From NCBI GenBank assembly GCA_963555755.3, contig OY820905.2, positions 2,368,001-2,432,000 on the forward strand: DNA of 64,000 bases. Reading direction: 5' to 3'. The position numbers were made by a program, and so were the translations under genes. Origin of the DNA: Nitrospirales bacterium (GTDB taxonomy: Bacteria; Nitrospirota; Nitrospiria; Nitrospirales; UBA8639). The notes below the pieces were generated by a model, which had not been told where the DNA came from, made no database searches, and saw nothing but the letters and a program-made list of their open reading frames with translations. This document shows positions 42,776-53,927 of the stretch, one piece after another (position 1 is the stretch's first letter; the number at the start of each line of letters is the position of its first letter).

Positions 42776-42939
42776 AAGACTACCCCACCAAATCGGGCGC
42801 GCTATTCAAACAAATACCTTTTATGATGTCAAGCAACTATTTGCCTGTTTCGCCTTTGCCATAAAAGTCTCCTTGAACGAAAGAAAGGCTTTCCTAATCA
42901 AGGGCATTCCCGCTATGATAATCCATTGGGAGGTCAGTC

Positions 42940-43536
42940 ATGCGCCACGTGAGCCTGTTTCTTCTCATTTTGTGGATCCTACCGATCCCGTTGGCCATCA
43001 GCGACAACGGGGAAGACCTCCAAGATCTCTCTGGGCAAGTGGTCCCTCTGGTTTCTTCAGGCCAAGCTAATTCTTTCATGGACGGGGGAGAACTGTTTTC
43101 ACAAGGAAGCTTGACGTCCCGTAGTGATATTCAATACACGGTACGAGTCAAAAACCAAACCGGTGACCCGGTCATCGGATCGTCACTCATTATCGTGATC
43201 GAACAGATTATGGATGTTGCCAGGACCCGAGATGTTGCCTCACGGCTCGAAATTCTAAACCCCGATGGCCAAACCGATGAAGGAAAACCGTTTTTCCATC
43301 TTCCAAAAGGATCCACCGAAGACCTGGCTCCCTTTGGCATCAGCGATCCCATTCACGTTCGCATTCGAAACCCTGACCTGCTCCGTCTCGCGCCCCCAAC
43401 TTTTAGCATCTATGGCATTCGCCGCACGGAATCAAAACAACTTGATGATCTCCGAGAGGCCCTCATCCAAAAGGGAATTCTTTCGCCAGATGAGGCCACG
43501 GAGCTTCTTGGCGCTCCTTCATCCGATAACCCCTGA
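42940..43536 (+). CDS. Exported hypothetical protein
   Basis: RBS GGAGG, signal peptide. Confidence 0.7.
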   Translation: MRHVSLFLLILWILPIPLAISDNGEDLQDLSGQVVPLVSSGQANSFMDGGELFSQGSLTSRSDIQYTVRVKNQTGDPVIGSSLIIVIEQIMDVARTRDVASRLEILNPDGQTDEGKPFFHLPKGSTEDLAPFGISDPIHVRIRNPDLLRLAPPTFSIYGIRRTESKQLDDLREALIQKGILSPDEATELLGAPSSDNP

Positions 43537-43548
43537 TCCACGATAACC

Positions 43549-45036
43549 ATGGGGCACCCATTTCTTCTTCCCTCAACTTCGTCGGTTGACGAAACCAGCC
43601 TGTTTCCCCTCGTCCATTCACAGCCACTTTTGGGACAACACCCCTTCGAACTGTATCGGCGTATTGCCTCACCCACGGGACCGTCCTTCCTCCTTGAAAG
43701 CGGAAAAGGCCGAACCGACTTGGCCCGCTACTCGTTTTTAGCCAGTGATCCGTATCTGGTCTTCTCTGGTACACGCAACACCTACGAGACTCGTGCCCAA
43801 GACACCGTGACTCGAGAGTCGGGCGATCCACTCCAGGCCTTGTTCCAATTATTCAACGCCTCGAAGCTTCCTCGATCAGCAACACTTCCCCCGTTTATTG
43901 GCGGAGCCGTGGGGTTTTTCAGTTATGACTGCGTTCGGCAATTCGAGCGTCTGCCGTCTATCGCGACGAATGACTTGTACCTTCCCGACATGGAATTTCT
44001 CTTCGTTGATCTCCTCGTCGCCATTGACCATGCAACCGACACCCGCCATCTCATTTTCACCCCACCCCCAGAACGATTGCAGTCGGAATCTCATGATGCA
44101 CTACTCCGAGAAGGGAACGCGCGTCTCGCTGAGCTAGAAAACCAGATCAACTCTCCGAGGACAACCAGCCATCGGCTCACTCCCAGAGCCGCTCCTCGCG
44201 CGATTGAAGCCAATCAAACGCGCGCCGACTATATCCAGCGAGTCCAACACTGTCAGTCGTTGATTGCCTCCGGAGATATTTATCAGGCAAACTTATCTCA
44301 TCGTTTTTCAATTGAACTAGACCAGAGCACCGGGCAATCAACACATGAAGCTGGCCAGGTCCTCTATGGCCGACTGCGACACGTGAACCCTTCTCCATTT
44401 TCCGCGCTATTGGCCACCGACCGATTCACGTTGGTGTCTTCCTCGCCCGAGCGACTCATTCAACTTCGAGGCAATCGCGCGTCCACTCGACCCATTGCCG
44501 GCACTCGTCCCCGAGGACGCACGGTTCCAGAAGATCAACAATTCACAGCGGACTTGCTCAGGAACAAAAAAGAGCGGGCGGAACATCTCATGCTGGTTGA
44601 TCTGGCAAGAAACGATTTAGGCCGAGTGTGCGAATACGGATCGGTCCGAGTGGAAGAATTCATGACCGTCGAACACTACTCCCACGTTGCGCACTTAGTG
44701 TCAGACGTCTGTGGAAACCTTCGCCCCTCATGTAGCACACAAGACCTCATGAAAGCCGTATTCCCCGGCGGCACCATCACTGGTGTGCCCAAGATCCGGT
44801 GCATGGAAATTATCGAGGCGCTGGAACCTGTGCGTCGAGGACCTTACACCGGATCGATTGGCTATCTCAGTTGGACAGGCGATATCGATCTCAACATCAT
44901 CATTCGCACGCTGCTTCTCTCTCAAGATCGCGCGTACCTGCAGGTGGGGGCCGGGATCGTCGCCGACTCCCAACCTCAACGCGAGTACGAAGAAACCTTG
45001 CAGAAAGCACAAGCTCTCTTTCAGGCCTTACAGTAA
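43549..45036 (+). CDS. pabB: Aminodeoxychorismate synthase / anthranilate synthase component I family
   Basis: RPIAGTRPRG, AEHLMLVDLARND, FPGGTITGVPK, VGAGIV; adjacent to pabC-like gene. Confidence 0.82.
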   Translation: MGHPFLLPSTSSVDETSLFPLVHSQPLLGQHPFELYRRIASPTGPSFLLESGKGRTDLARYSFLASDPYLVFSGTRNTYETRAQDTVTRESGDPLQALFQLFNASKLPRSATLPPFIGGAVGFFSYDCVRQFERLPSIATNDLYLPDMEFLFVDLLVAIDHATDTRHLIFTPPPERLQSESHDALLREGNARLAELENQINSPRTTSHRLTPRAAPRAIEANQTRADYIQRVQHCQSLIASGDIYQANLSHRFSIELDQSTGQSTHEAGQVLYGRLRHVNPSPFSALLATDRFTLVSSSPERLIQLRGNRASTRPIAGTRPRGRTVPEDQQFTADLLRNKKERAEHLMLVDLARNDLGRVCEYGSVRVEEFMTVEHYSHVAHLVSDVCGNLRPSCSTQDLMKAVFPGGTITGVPKIRCMEIIEALEPVRRGPYTGSIGYLSWTGDIDLNIIIRTLLLSQDRAYLQVGAGIVADSQPQREYEETLQKAQALFQALQ

Positions 45037-45216
45037 AAGGTGCTGAAACCTGCGCTGCGGAAGGAAAGACGTGATGCGGAAGGCGTGAGGCGTTCGGAGA
45101 AAGAAGTTCCCACGCCTTACGCATCACGAATCACACTTCACGCTTGCGCGGCGGAACGCTCCAGCGCGCAGGCACGAGATATGAACGACACACAACCGAT
45201 GATAGCTTAATAAAAC

Positions 45217-46074
45217 ATGTGGGTCTACCTAAATGAGCGGTTCGTTGAAGACCATCAAGCTCGCATCTCGGTGTTTGATCGTGGCTTTCTTTTTGGGGAT
45301 GGGATCTTCGAAACGCTTCGAGTCCATAACACATACCCACTGTTTCTGGATCGTCATCTCCAGCGATTGCGACAATCGTGCGAATCGATTAGGCTTTCCC
45401 TTCCCACTCCCGAACCGCCTTGGGAGGCGCTTCTTCGAGAACTTGTTGATCGCAATCACCTGGAACACACGATGATTCGCATCACGATCACAAGAGGGGT
45501 AGGTAGCCTCGGTCCCGATCCTTCCGAATGCTCGAACCCAACAATCGTCATATTCTCCAGGCCACTTCCTCAGTTGACGAAAGACCAACGTGACCAAGGA
45601 GTGAGCCTCACCATTCTCACCACGCGGCGACAACCGTCCTGCGCCCTTCCATCGCACGTGAAGTCGCTCAATTACCTGAATAATATTCTGGCCAAACAAG
45701 AAGCGAATGAGGCTCACACGTTCGATGGCCTTCTGTTGAACACCGACGGACATCTCACCGAGTGCACGACCAGTAATATGTTCTTTGTCAAAAACCAGCG
45801 TCTTCACACCCCATCGCTCCAATGCGGAATTCTTCCGGGAATCACGAGAGGAATTGTTCTGGAATTGGCACGGGAGGGGGGGATAGGTGCCCAAGAAGGC
45901 ACCTACCTACCTGAAGATTTGCTGGATGCGGACGAATGTTTTTTGACGAATACTGGATTTGGAGTATTGCCTGTCGGCACGATCGTGTCCAGACAGTTGG
46001 AATCAAACAGATCAGGGTCCATGACCAAAACAATTCAGCACATGTACGAGAAACATATCGCTGATTCGCTTTGA
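45217..46074 (+). CDS. pabC: Class IV aminotransferase / aminodeoxychorismate lyase
   Basis: DRGFLFGDGIFET, KSLNYL, ECTTSN, ILPGITR. Confidence 0.8.
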   Translation: MWVYLNERFVEDHQARISVFDRGFLFGDGIFETLRVHNTYPLFLDRHLQRLRQSCESIRLSLPTPEPPWEALLRELVDRNHLEHTMIRITITRGVGSLGPDPSECSNPTIVIFSRPLPQLTKDQRDQGVSLTILTTRRQPSCALPSHVKSLNYLNNILAKQEANEAHTFDGLLLNTDGHLTECTTSNMFFVKNQRLHTPSLQCGILPGITRGIVLELAREGGIGAQEGTYLPEDLLDADECFLTNTGFGVLPVGTIVSRQLESNRSGSMTKTIQHMYEKHIADSL

Positions 46075-46088
46075 ATGAATTATTTTAT

Positions 46089-46280
46089 GCGGGGTTTCGC
46101 CCCCACCGACGAGGTCCTTTTGTTTCGGCAAAAGGACCCAAAACCATTTCCGCCCGTGCGCGGCCCTGCGGGTTCCTCCGCCTCCGCCCCGAATAAGATG
46201 GCGAGGGACCTCGCTCCGCTCAAACAGCCCTCGCCGAAAAGCCGATTCGGGGCTGCGGCTCCGCCGCACCCGAAGGCGGG
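46089..46280 (+). repeat. Repeat family E, uninterrupted, with empty IS110 target CCCGAAGGCGGG
   Basis: Full head and tail. Confidence 0.88.
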
Positions 46281-46359
46281 TTGAAGATCATCATTAGATA
46301 CGAGTTTTCATCAGATTTTTCATCTTGACAGTTCCTATCGTGATCGACACAGTCATTTC

Positions 46360-46887
46360 ATGCCTAGGAAAGCCCAACAATCCTTAATTCCCATTGAACG
46401 TATCGCCAGTTCTATTTACCTGATCCATGGCGAAAAAGTGATGCTTGATCGTGACCTGGCTGCATTATATGGGGTTGAAACCAGAGTGTTGAACCAAGCT
46501 GTTTCTCGTAATCTGGAACGGTTTCCGAATGATTTCATGTTTCAATTAACAGCTGAAGAGGATAAATCTTTAAGATCACAAATTGTGATCTTAAAAGGTG
46601 GACGAGGACAACATCCGAAATACCTGCCAAGAGTGTTTACCGAATCAGGTGTGGCTATGCTCTCAACGGTGCTGAAAAGCAAACAAGCCATTCAAATCAA
46701 CATTGCCATCATGCGCACCTTTGTCCGTATGAGAGAAATGCTAGCGACAAATAAAGATTTAGCCCGAAAGGTGGAAAAACACGATAAAGAAATCGCCGTC
46801 CTATATGACTATCTCAAAAAACTCTTAGACCCTCCTAAATCCTCAAAGCGCCAGATCGGCTATACTCGCCGTCAGGAACGAGACTAG
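46360..46887 (+). CDS. ORF6N domain DNA-binding protein
   Basis: VMLDRDLAALYGVETRVLNQAVSRN..RFPNDFMFQL, FTESGVAMLS. Confidence 0.9.
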   Translation: MPRKAQQSLIPIERIASSIYLIHGEKVMLDRDLAALYGVETRVLNQAVSRNLERFPNDFMFQLTAEEDKSLRSQIVILKGGRGQHPKYLPRVFTESGVAMLSTVLKSKQAIQINIAIMRTFVRMREMLATNKDLARKVEKHDKEIAVLYDYLKKLLDPPKSSKRQIGYTRRQERD

Positions 46888-46937
46888 CTTTCTCCATATA
46901 ATGTAAAAAATGGCGATTTCGTTTTTTATTCTTTAAT

Positions 46938-47127
46938 GCGGGGTGTCGTCCCCGCGCGACGAGGTCCTTTTGTTTCGGCAAAAGGACCCAAAACCATTTC
47001 CGCCCGTGCGCGGCCCTACGGGTGAACTCCGCCCCGGCACCGAATTACATGGCTGCGAAACTCGCTCCGCTCAAACAGTGCTCGCCAAAAAGTCGAATTC
47101 GGTACCGCAGCTCCACCGCGCCCGAAG
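46938..47127 (+). repeat. Repeat family E, tail interrupted by IS110 element 2
   Basis: Tail GCGGG resumes at 48627. Confidence 0.85.
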
Positions 47128-47158
47128 ACTTCCTATGGTGTTGTCAAGCCCCCCAATT

Positions 47159-48384
47159 CTATGCATTGGCGCGAAGGTGCTGCCTCGCCATGTTGGCTAA
47201 ATGATATTGTTCATCATACGGGACCTGATGCTGCCACATGCGAAAAATAATCTTGAGCCATTTCGCCCCCAAGGCCCGCATCGCCTGATTATGCCGATGC
47301 CCACGAGCCCGACATTGCTGATAGTAACTCTTGGCCCACTCACTCTGAGTCAGCGACTGAAAGGCCACCCACCACATGGCTTGCCGCAGGGGCTTGTTAC
47401 ACGCCACGCGGTATCGCACCACACAACTTTTCCCACTCTGCCGCGTGACGGGTACCGTCCCCGCCTCGGCCTGCAGCTGGGCCCACGAAGTCCAGCGGCT
47501 CGGGGCATCGCCCAGTTCGGCCCACACCCGCGGAATGATGGTGCCGCTTTTCCCTCCCGGCAAGCTCTGCATCCACCTAGCCGCCGGGAGGGTCGCGAAA
47601 AAACGTTCGATCTCCGCATGATACTCTTTCACCACGCGGTGCGTGAGCACGAGCTGGGCCACTAGGGCCTCCATCAGTCGGGCCTTACTCCGCACAACAT
47701 GCGCAGGCACGAGCATTTGCGGGGCCTTCAGCTGTTCCCACCCCGCCGCCGTGCGGGCTGGCCCTAGCCGATGGGCCCGTGCAAAGCGCTGCCACTTGCT
47801 TTTCTTCAGTGTGGTCACAGCTGCGGGGGTGGAATAGGTTTGCAGAAAATCCACTGCCATCTGCGTCGTCAGATCCGGAAACAGTTCCAACACCCGCGGA
47901 TAGTAATCTTGTAAGGTGCTCGTCAGCTGATTCAGGATGCGGGTCTGCTGGTGCTGCAACCGCCGATGATCCTGAGTCAACAGTTTTAACTCTTGTGCAG
48001 CGGCCGAACTAGGCTGCAGCGCCCGGAGATGCGGATGATCGGTCCGCACCACCTCCGCCAGCACGCGCCCATCAAAGCGATCACTTTTTGAGGAACTCAT
48101 GCGGAAACGATCTCGGGCCCGATCCAGCGCTTTCGGATTCACCGGATACACCACCACCCCATGATCCAACAAAAACTCCACGACACGCCCGGTGGGTCGC
48201 TCAATGGCTGCCCACACCTCCACCCCAGCTGCGCGCCAGGTATCCACGCGCCAGCCCCACTCCCGTAAGCCCTTCGGCGTGTGAGCCACTAGGTCCTCCC
48301 ACACGATGGTGCCGGGGTCTCATCTTGCACACAAACCCCATGCTGCTCGTTGCCCCAATCGACCCCCAGGTAATATCGTGGCAT
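47159..48384 (-). pseudogene. IS110 recombinase, frameshifted near 48315
   Basis: RBS AGAAAGGAG then MPRYYLGVDWGNEQHGVCVQDET is out of frame with the rest (AIERP, KSDRFD, RQSG). Confidence 0.85.
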
Positions 48385-48399
48385 CAGCCTCTCCTTTCT

Positions 48400-48610
48400 T
48401 ACCCCACTCCCCACCGCGCGAACGACTCGTTTGCCTTATATCGGTCCTCCGGGGGACAACTTCCTATCGAACGTCTCACGCCGTTCCTTGCCGGAGCGGG
48501 ACAGTCTTCGGGTGAGCCTCCTCAGGGCTCAGGCGGGGATGGTCCTCGACCCAGCAAGCGCCAGGGATGCGGCACAATGAACGAAAAGAAAACTCCTACC
48601 ACACAAACCC
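48400..48610 (-). ncRNA. Predicted bridge RNA of IS110 element 2
   Basis: Guides CCCGCCT, CCCGAAG, ATAGGAAGT, ATATAAG match target and donor; ends approximate. Confidence 0.85.
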
Positions 48611-48752
48611 CAGAGCATTATATAAGGCGGGAAGACAGTCAAGAAACAATCCAATTTTTCAAACTGGGGATGAGGAGGGCCACCCCTACTAGCACTCAAT
48701 ACTTATGCCTGACCCCACTTCCATCATTACTCAAACGCCCCGAACGAGAGGA

Positions 48753-49979
48753 TTACTGAATCTTGGCTGAAAGATGGGAAGGTGGATAATTGGATACAAC
48801 TTCAGTGTGTGGTCCAACTATATTCGTCACAACATATTGGGCGATCCTTTGATGAGCCTGGGCTGAAGGATGCCAATCATCGACAAAATGATAGGTTTCC
48901 CAATTTTCCCAATAATCGGGGATAATATCTTGGACAAAATGGACGTTAAAGTTTTTCTCCCTTAGGCCCCCCTCTATTCCCTCACTGATTGAACTATTAG
49001 GTTTATCCCAGAAAATGACGTGAAACTCCGCTTCTGGATATCTCTCCTGTAATAACGTTTTGGAGCGCTCCACTATATTTAGAAACAGTTTAATCTCCCT
49101 GTGGGTAACTTGATGAAACCAGATGCTGTTTAACAATAATGATTTTTTTAAATTCTGTTTGACTGGTTTCCATAAGCAATATTCGTGTGTCGGATTACAC
49201 TCCTGTGGATTTTCCGTATAAAGAGTCTCTCCCGTTTTGCTTAACCTATAATGGGGCCCTCCGCCACGATTCAGATGTGAAACCCGTTTAATATGATCGA
49301 TGATGCCCTGATAAATGATATAACGTGGCCTCACCTCAACGATAGAATTCACCAACCCATGTTCAATGGCCGCTAGCATTTGGTGAGGGCCATATCCGCC
49401 CATTCCAAAATTGTAGATTTTAAACCGTCCCTTCGTGAGAGTCCCGAAAACATAGGGCATAGTCTGGTCATTATTGACCCCTTCTCCAAACGTAAATGAA
49501 CCCCCAAAGAAAAGAGCAGATTCCCCCGTTGAGTTAGGAGGTGGGATAAATGTAGGGGCAATACGTTGTCCGTTTCTATCAATCGTAATGGAAGCCTCGT
49601 AAATAAGTGAGTTGTCGCGCGTTCGAAATTTTCTTCCGGTTCGTTGACTATTAGGGATTTCCCTCCAGCCGAATATCGGGTGGCCCTCATAGTTAAAAAC
49701 ATTCTCCCACCGGTACTTGTTTTTCTTGTCAGAATTGTCGTGCTGAAAAACTAGATATGATTCTGCTATTGCAAAAAAGAACATAAAGATCGCGAAATTG
49801 AACGATGCCAATTTTATGAGGGTCCGAGGACTGGAAATTGCCAAAATGAAAAAGGCTATGCTCCATAGCCCAAAAAACCAAATGTGGGGTGCGGGTAAAT
49901 ACTCCAACGAGAGGATGGAGAAAAGCATAAAAATGGCAGAACCAATTATTATGCGTAGGTTCATAATTGTCTTCACCAA
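48753..49979 (-). CDS. Membrane-anchored SGNH/GDSL hydrolase-like protein
   Basis: FFGGSFTFGEG, NFGMGGYG, DWHPS; three N-terminal TM; visibly AT-rich. Confidence 0.8.
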   Translation of the reverse strand: MVKTIMNLRIIIGSAIFMLFSILSLEYLPAPHIWFFGLWSIAFFILAISSPRTLIKLASFNFAIFMFFFAIAESYLVFQHDNSDKKNKYRWENVFNYEGHPIFGWREIPNSQRTGRKFRTRDNSLIYEASITIDRNGQRIAPTFIPPPNSTGESALFFGGSFTFGEGVNNDQTMPYVFGTLTKGRFKIYNFGMGGYGPHQMLAAIEHGLVNSIVEVRPRYIIYQGIIDHIKRVSHLNRGGGPHYRLSKTGETLYTENPQECNPTHEYCLWKPVKQNLKKSLLLNSIWFHQVTHREIKLFLNIVERSKTLLQERYPEAEFHVIFWDKPNSSISEGIEGGLREKNFNVHFVQDIIPDYWENWETYHFVDDWHPSAQAHQRIAQYVVTNIVGPHTEVVSNYPPSHLSAKIQ

Positions 49980-50558
49980 GGAATGGTTAAGGGCACGCTC
50001 AACGGGTTTTCTTTATGACACATGGTTTCCAACCTGATTCAATTATGGCTAACCCCAATTGTTTTTATTAGTCCCGAAAGGACGAAAATTGAACGTGAAC
50101 TCGAAAAGCACAAGCGGATTTAGAGGTAATACAGCCTCAAGAATCTTTCAGAAATACAAAGTCAGAGATCGCGTCTACAATCTTATGGAATCTCAGCTTC
50201 TGATTTAGAAAGTTCGACCGGATGAAACCACCACCCCAGCCCCCATGACGGCGGTTTTCCCCAGGAGGCCTTCCGTTTTAAGAACCTTATCGGCCAATTT
50301 TCCTGCCAACCTGAAATAACAATGGCATGGCTCTCTTAGTGTTAGTACCTTGTCCCCAGTTGATTTGTCAGTGTCACCACAAGCCATCTGAGCCAAGGGG
50401 CACCTCCGTCTGTTCTATTCTTTTTCTCATCCACGTCTGGCTCGAGCAAAGAAGGCATTAGGTCCCAACCTGATAATCATCTAGAAGACTCCTCGCCTGG
50501 GCGGTACAGTTGAAAGATGTGTCAAGGATCTCTCAACCTTTCAACTCAAGGAGGAGCC

Positions 50559-50670
50559 ATGAACAATTTGGGGGGCATTGTCCTCCATGCCCACAACAAT
50601 ATGATTGTGCTTTTGAACGAACAGGATCAGGGCGTGTTCGAAAAGCGAATCCCGATTGACCTGGGTATGG
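50559..50670 (+). pseudogene. IS110 recombinase N-terminal remnant
   Basis: RBS AAGGAGG, MNNLGGIVLHAHNNMIVLLNEQDQGVFEKRIP resembles the GIDLH-type IS110 start with the catalytic D lost. Confidence 0.55.
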
Positions 50671-50696
50671 GGTCGTCCCAGGATTGGTCTTTCACT

Positions 50697-50912
50697 GCGT
50701 TGGGTGCGGCGGAGGTGGAGGCCCGAATCGACTTATTTGGCGAAGGTTGTTTGAGCGTAGCGAGTTCCTGAGCCAGCTTATTCGGGACGGAGGCGGAGGG
50801 ACCCTGGAGAACCTGCTTCTGAGCGGGGTCGGAGGGGCCGCGCACGGGCAAAAATGGTTTTGGTTCCTTTTGCCGAAACAAAAGGGACTCGTCTGCAGGG
50901 GCGAAACCCTGC
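50697..50912 (-). repeat. Repeat family E (reverse)
   Basis: Reverse complement of the E head and tail. Confidence 0.85.
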
Positions 50913-50948
50913 ATAAAAACTTTTCAACCATGCCAAGACAACCTATTG

Positions 50949-51018
50949 GTCATTTCGAGTGAAGAGAGAAATCTTGAACGTTGCCGAACTACAGATTTCT
51001 CCCAAGGGTCGAATTGAC
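50949..51018. repeat. REP-like doublet family F
   Basis: Inverted arms. Confidence 0.8.
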
Positions 51019-51099
51019 AGAAAGAAAACTCAGCTTAGAAATAGGTGAGGGAAAATTGGGATGAATAAATGGCAAGGAGAAATGGTAGATCTTTGTCCC

Positions 51100-52722
51100 T
51101 TAGACAATTTTTAATTTTGGAGTGGGGGTCGGGCGCTCGGATTCTGGGCACTGAATCTGACTGTGAATCTTCCAAGCCGAACCTTCGCAGCCAGGAAAAT
51201 CTGATCGATAATGAGCCCCAAGACTATTTTCTCGCCACAGCGCAGCTTCGATGATACACCTGGCCACTTGCATCATATTTTTCACCTCTAAATCAGCCCG
51301 AGTCTGTAGGGAACCTAGCACTTGTGGTTCCCAAGCAGTGATCTTGGCCAGAGCCCGACCCAATGAATCGCCCGTCCGGACGAGTCCAACCTGATCCCAC
51401 ATCAACCGTCGCAAGGAATTCCGAAGTTTTTCCGCATCGTCAAGTGTTCGCTTCGGCTCGACGGCTAGGCTCGAGAGAACACTCTGCCTGTCTTTAGCAC
51501 TAACAGTCGAGGAACATGTGGTCGCGGAATGCGCAGCTCGGACGCCAAATACCAGCCCCTCCAGCAACGAATTGCTGGCCAATCGATTCGCCCCATGGAC
51601 CCCATTACATGCGGCTTCCCCAGCTGCTAACAAGCCGGGGATGATCGTCTCCCCATCGATGCCCGCTTTGATCCCGCCCATAAAATAATGAGCACTCGGG
51701 GACACGGGGATCCATTCCTCCGTGATATCAATGTCAAAACGCAAACAGGTCTGATAAATCGTGGGAAAGCGTTTCTTGATAAATGAATGTCCTAAATGCG
51801 TGACATCCAAATAGACATGCCGAACGCGCGATGCAGCCATTTCTGACCAAATGGCCCGGGCCACGATATCCCTAGGCGCGAGCTCTGCCGCCGGGTGGTA
51901 CCCGACCATGAACAACTCGCCTTTTCGATTTCTGAGCAACCCGCCTTCGCCTCTCATGGTTTCCGAAAGGAGAAACGGTGGACTGGATTGAAGATATAAC
52001 GAGGTGGGATGAAATTGGACAAACTCCATATCCTCTAGAATGGCTCCGGCTCGGTACGCCATGGCAAAACCATCTCCCGTCGCATTCGGCGAATTCGTTG
52101 TTCTGGCGAATGCCTGCCCGGCTCCACCGGTCGTCAAAATCACCGCCCTCGCAGACAAAACCTGTAGGCTCCCGGTGGTCTCATTGACCACAATCGCTCC
52201 GCAGCATCGGCCATCAACCATCAGCAGGTCCATGGTGAAATGATGATCGAACCATCGTATGGAGTCCTGCTTCTTCGCGCGTGCCAGCAACACACGAATC
52301 ATCTCATGTCCCGTAGCGTCGCCCTGGGCTCGTAAGACTCGATTGCGGCTATGAGCGCCTTCTTTGGCAAACGCAAACTTGCCATCGACTTTATCGAATT
52401 GAGTGCCCCAGGCGATGAGCTCTTGAATCCGGGAAGGACCTTCTTCTACGAGCACGCGAGCCGCGTCTTCACGACCGAGTTGATGGCCGGCTTTGATTGT
52501 GTCGGAGAAATGCAGATTCACATCATCTTCATCACTCAGCGCGACCGCGACACCACCCTGCGCATACGCGGAATTACTTTGTCGCCGGCTTCCTTTCGTA
52601 ATGATCAGCACGCGTCCGTGCCTGCTAAGTTCAATCGCCGCTCGCAGCCCTGCGACACCGCTTCCAATCACGAGAAAGTCCGCTTCCGGGCCCCAATGAT
52701 ATGTCGTTTTAGTTGGTTTCAT
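51100..52722 (-). CDS. nadB: L-aspartate oxidase
   Basis: GSGVAG, AQGG, EGAHSRNR, QFHPT, HGANRLASNSLLE. Confidence 0.95.
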   Translation of the reverse strand: MKPTKTTYHWGPEADFLVIGSGVAGLRAAIELSRHGRVLIITKGSRRQSNSAYAQGGVAVALSDEDDVNLHFSDTIKAGHQLGREDAARVLVEEGPSRIQELIAWGTQFDKVDGKFAFAKEGAHSRNRVLRAQGDATGHEMIRVLLARAKKQDSIRWFDHHFTMDLLMVDGRCCGAIVVNETTGSLQVLSARAVILTTGGAGQAFARTTNSPNATGDGFAMAYRAGAILEDMEFVQFHPTSLYLQSSPPFLLSETMRGEGGLLRNRKGELFMVGYHPAAELAPRDIVARAIWSEMAASRVRHVYLDVTHLGHSFIKKRFPTIYQTCLRFDIDITEEWIPVSPSAHYFMGGIKAGIDGETIIPGLLAAGEAACNGVHGANRLASNSLLEGLVFGVRAAHSATTCSSTVSAKDRQSVLSSLAVEPKRTLDDAEKLRNSLRRLMWDQVGLVRTGDSLGRALAKITAWEPQVLGSLQTRADLEVKNMMQVARCIIEAALWRENSLGAHYRSDFPGCEGSAWKIHSQIQCPESERPTPTPKLKIV

Positions 52723-52800
52723 GACTTTTGAAGATCGTGATGCGTAATGAGTAATGCGCAAAGATAATTCACGCATCACGCTTTACGAATCACGGTCTGC

Positions 52801-53283
52801 TTACGACAAGGACTCGCGAGTGGCCATCCCAAACGGCAAATCCCCATCCACATCGGCCAACAAAATGACCTGTCTGCCACTCCAAATCAACACTCCGTGC
52901 CCCTGTCTGGTTATCCCGGTATTTCGTGCCTGCCGCTTCCACTCACCTTCCCATCGAATGTTGACTGTGGCCCGTCCACCTTTGAGCGCCATTCGCTCAA
53001 TCGAAAAATTTAGTTCGATATCGGCATAGGTGTTAAAGTCTTTTTTCATGTCCATTTGGAGGCGTTCGAGTCCTTCCAATGGCAACATCAATTCTCGTAA
53101 CGCATCAGAGTCTTTTTCTTGGTAGGCCTCACGTAACCCCTCAATCGCTCCGACTATTCTCTCGAACCGAGCATGGTCTTCAGGATATTGAGGAGTTTTG
53201 GAGCTACATCCAGGCACGAATAGAAGAAGGGAAAAGAAAACACCACAGACCATTAATGAGGGTACTGGCACAGCAGAACGCAT
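52801..53283 (-). CDS. Putative lipoprotein (NTF2-like)
   Basis: Lipobox VPGC. Confidence 0.7.
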   Translation of the reverse strand: MRSAVPVPSLMVCGVFFSLLLFVPGCSSKTPQYPEDHARFERIVGAIEGLREAYQEKDSDALRELMLPLEGLERLQMDMKKDFNTYADIELNFSIERMALKGGRATVNIRWEGEWKRQARNTGITRQGHGVLIWSGRQVILLADVDGDLPFGMATRESLS

Positions 53284-53927
53284 TTCGACATTATCCGTGA
53301 ACATCCAGGGTCGGTCAAGATAGGAACGTGATGGGTAAGGCGTGAGGCGAAAAGAAAGATGGGTTACAGGGTACGCCCTACGAGTCACATCTTTCGCTTC
53401 ACGCTTCACGCATTATGCTTTACGTCTTACAGGTGCATCTATAAAAAAACAGTTGAATAATTCAAATATTTGTGAGTTTTCCAGGGACGGTCTAACCGCC
53501 TCAATTGTCAGAAGGAAAGGGGTTGTTCAAAAAGGCCCATTGTCTGACCCGCCCAACCCAGGCGCGCTAAGACGCGCCCTTCCACAGGCAAGGCCGCAGG
53601 GGCTCCCGGCCTTCGTAGCCACTTCGGCGGAGTAGGCTTGGCGCGCGGAGCGTAGGTGAGTACGTGAGCACGACAAAGGGGATCAATCCCAATTTTGGTG
53701 GAGTAAGGCGAAACCCTCTTACACTCCGCCCGTATCACCCCTCGTCCATTGTCATTTTGACCCTTGGGAGAACTCTCCCCCATTCCCGCCCGGGTCACGT
53801 TCTTTCGGGCCAAGAGATTTCTCCCAAGGGTCGAAATAATGGTATGGACTCCCCCTTTGAGGACGGCATCAAATGTGCCAAGCTGGAAGACTAACCAACC
53901 AGCACTCAACACAAAGGAGGAGTCAGC

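Larger units (their letters stand above)
47126..48626 (-). mobile_element. IS110-family element 2 (CT core on minus strand)
   Basis: CCCGA-AG-[element]-AG-GCGGG on plus strand. Confidence 0.92.

Noticed and set aside
46360..46887. ORF6N gene as a prophage marker
   Set aside because: No other phage genes nearby; the gene is a solitary insertion between two E repeats
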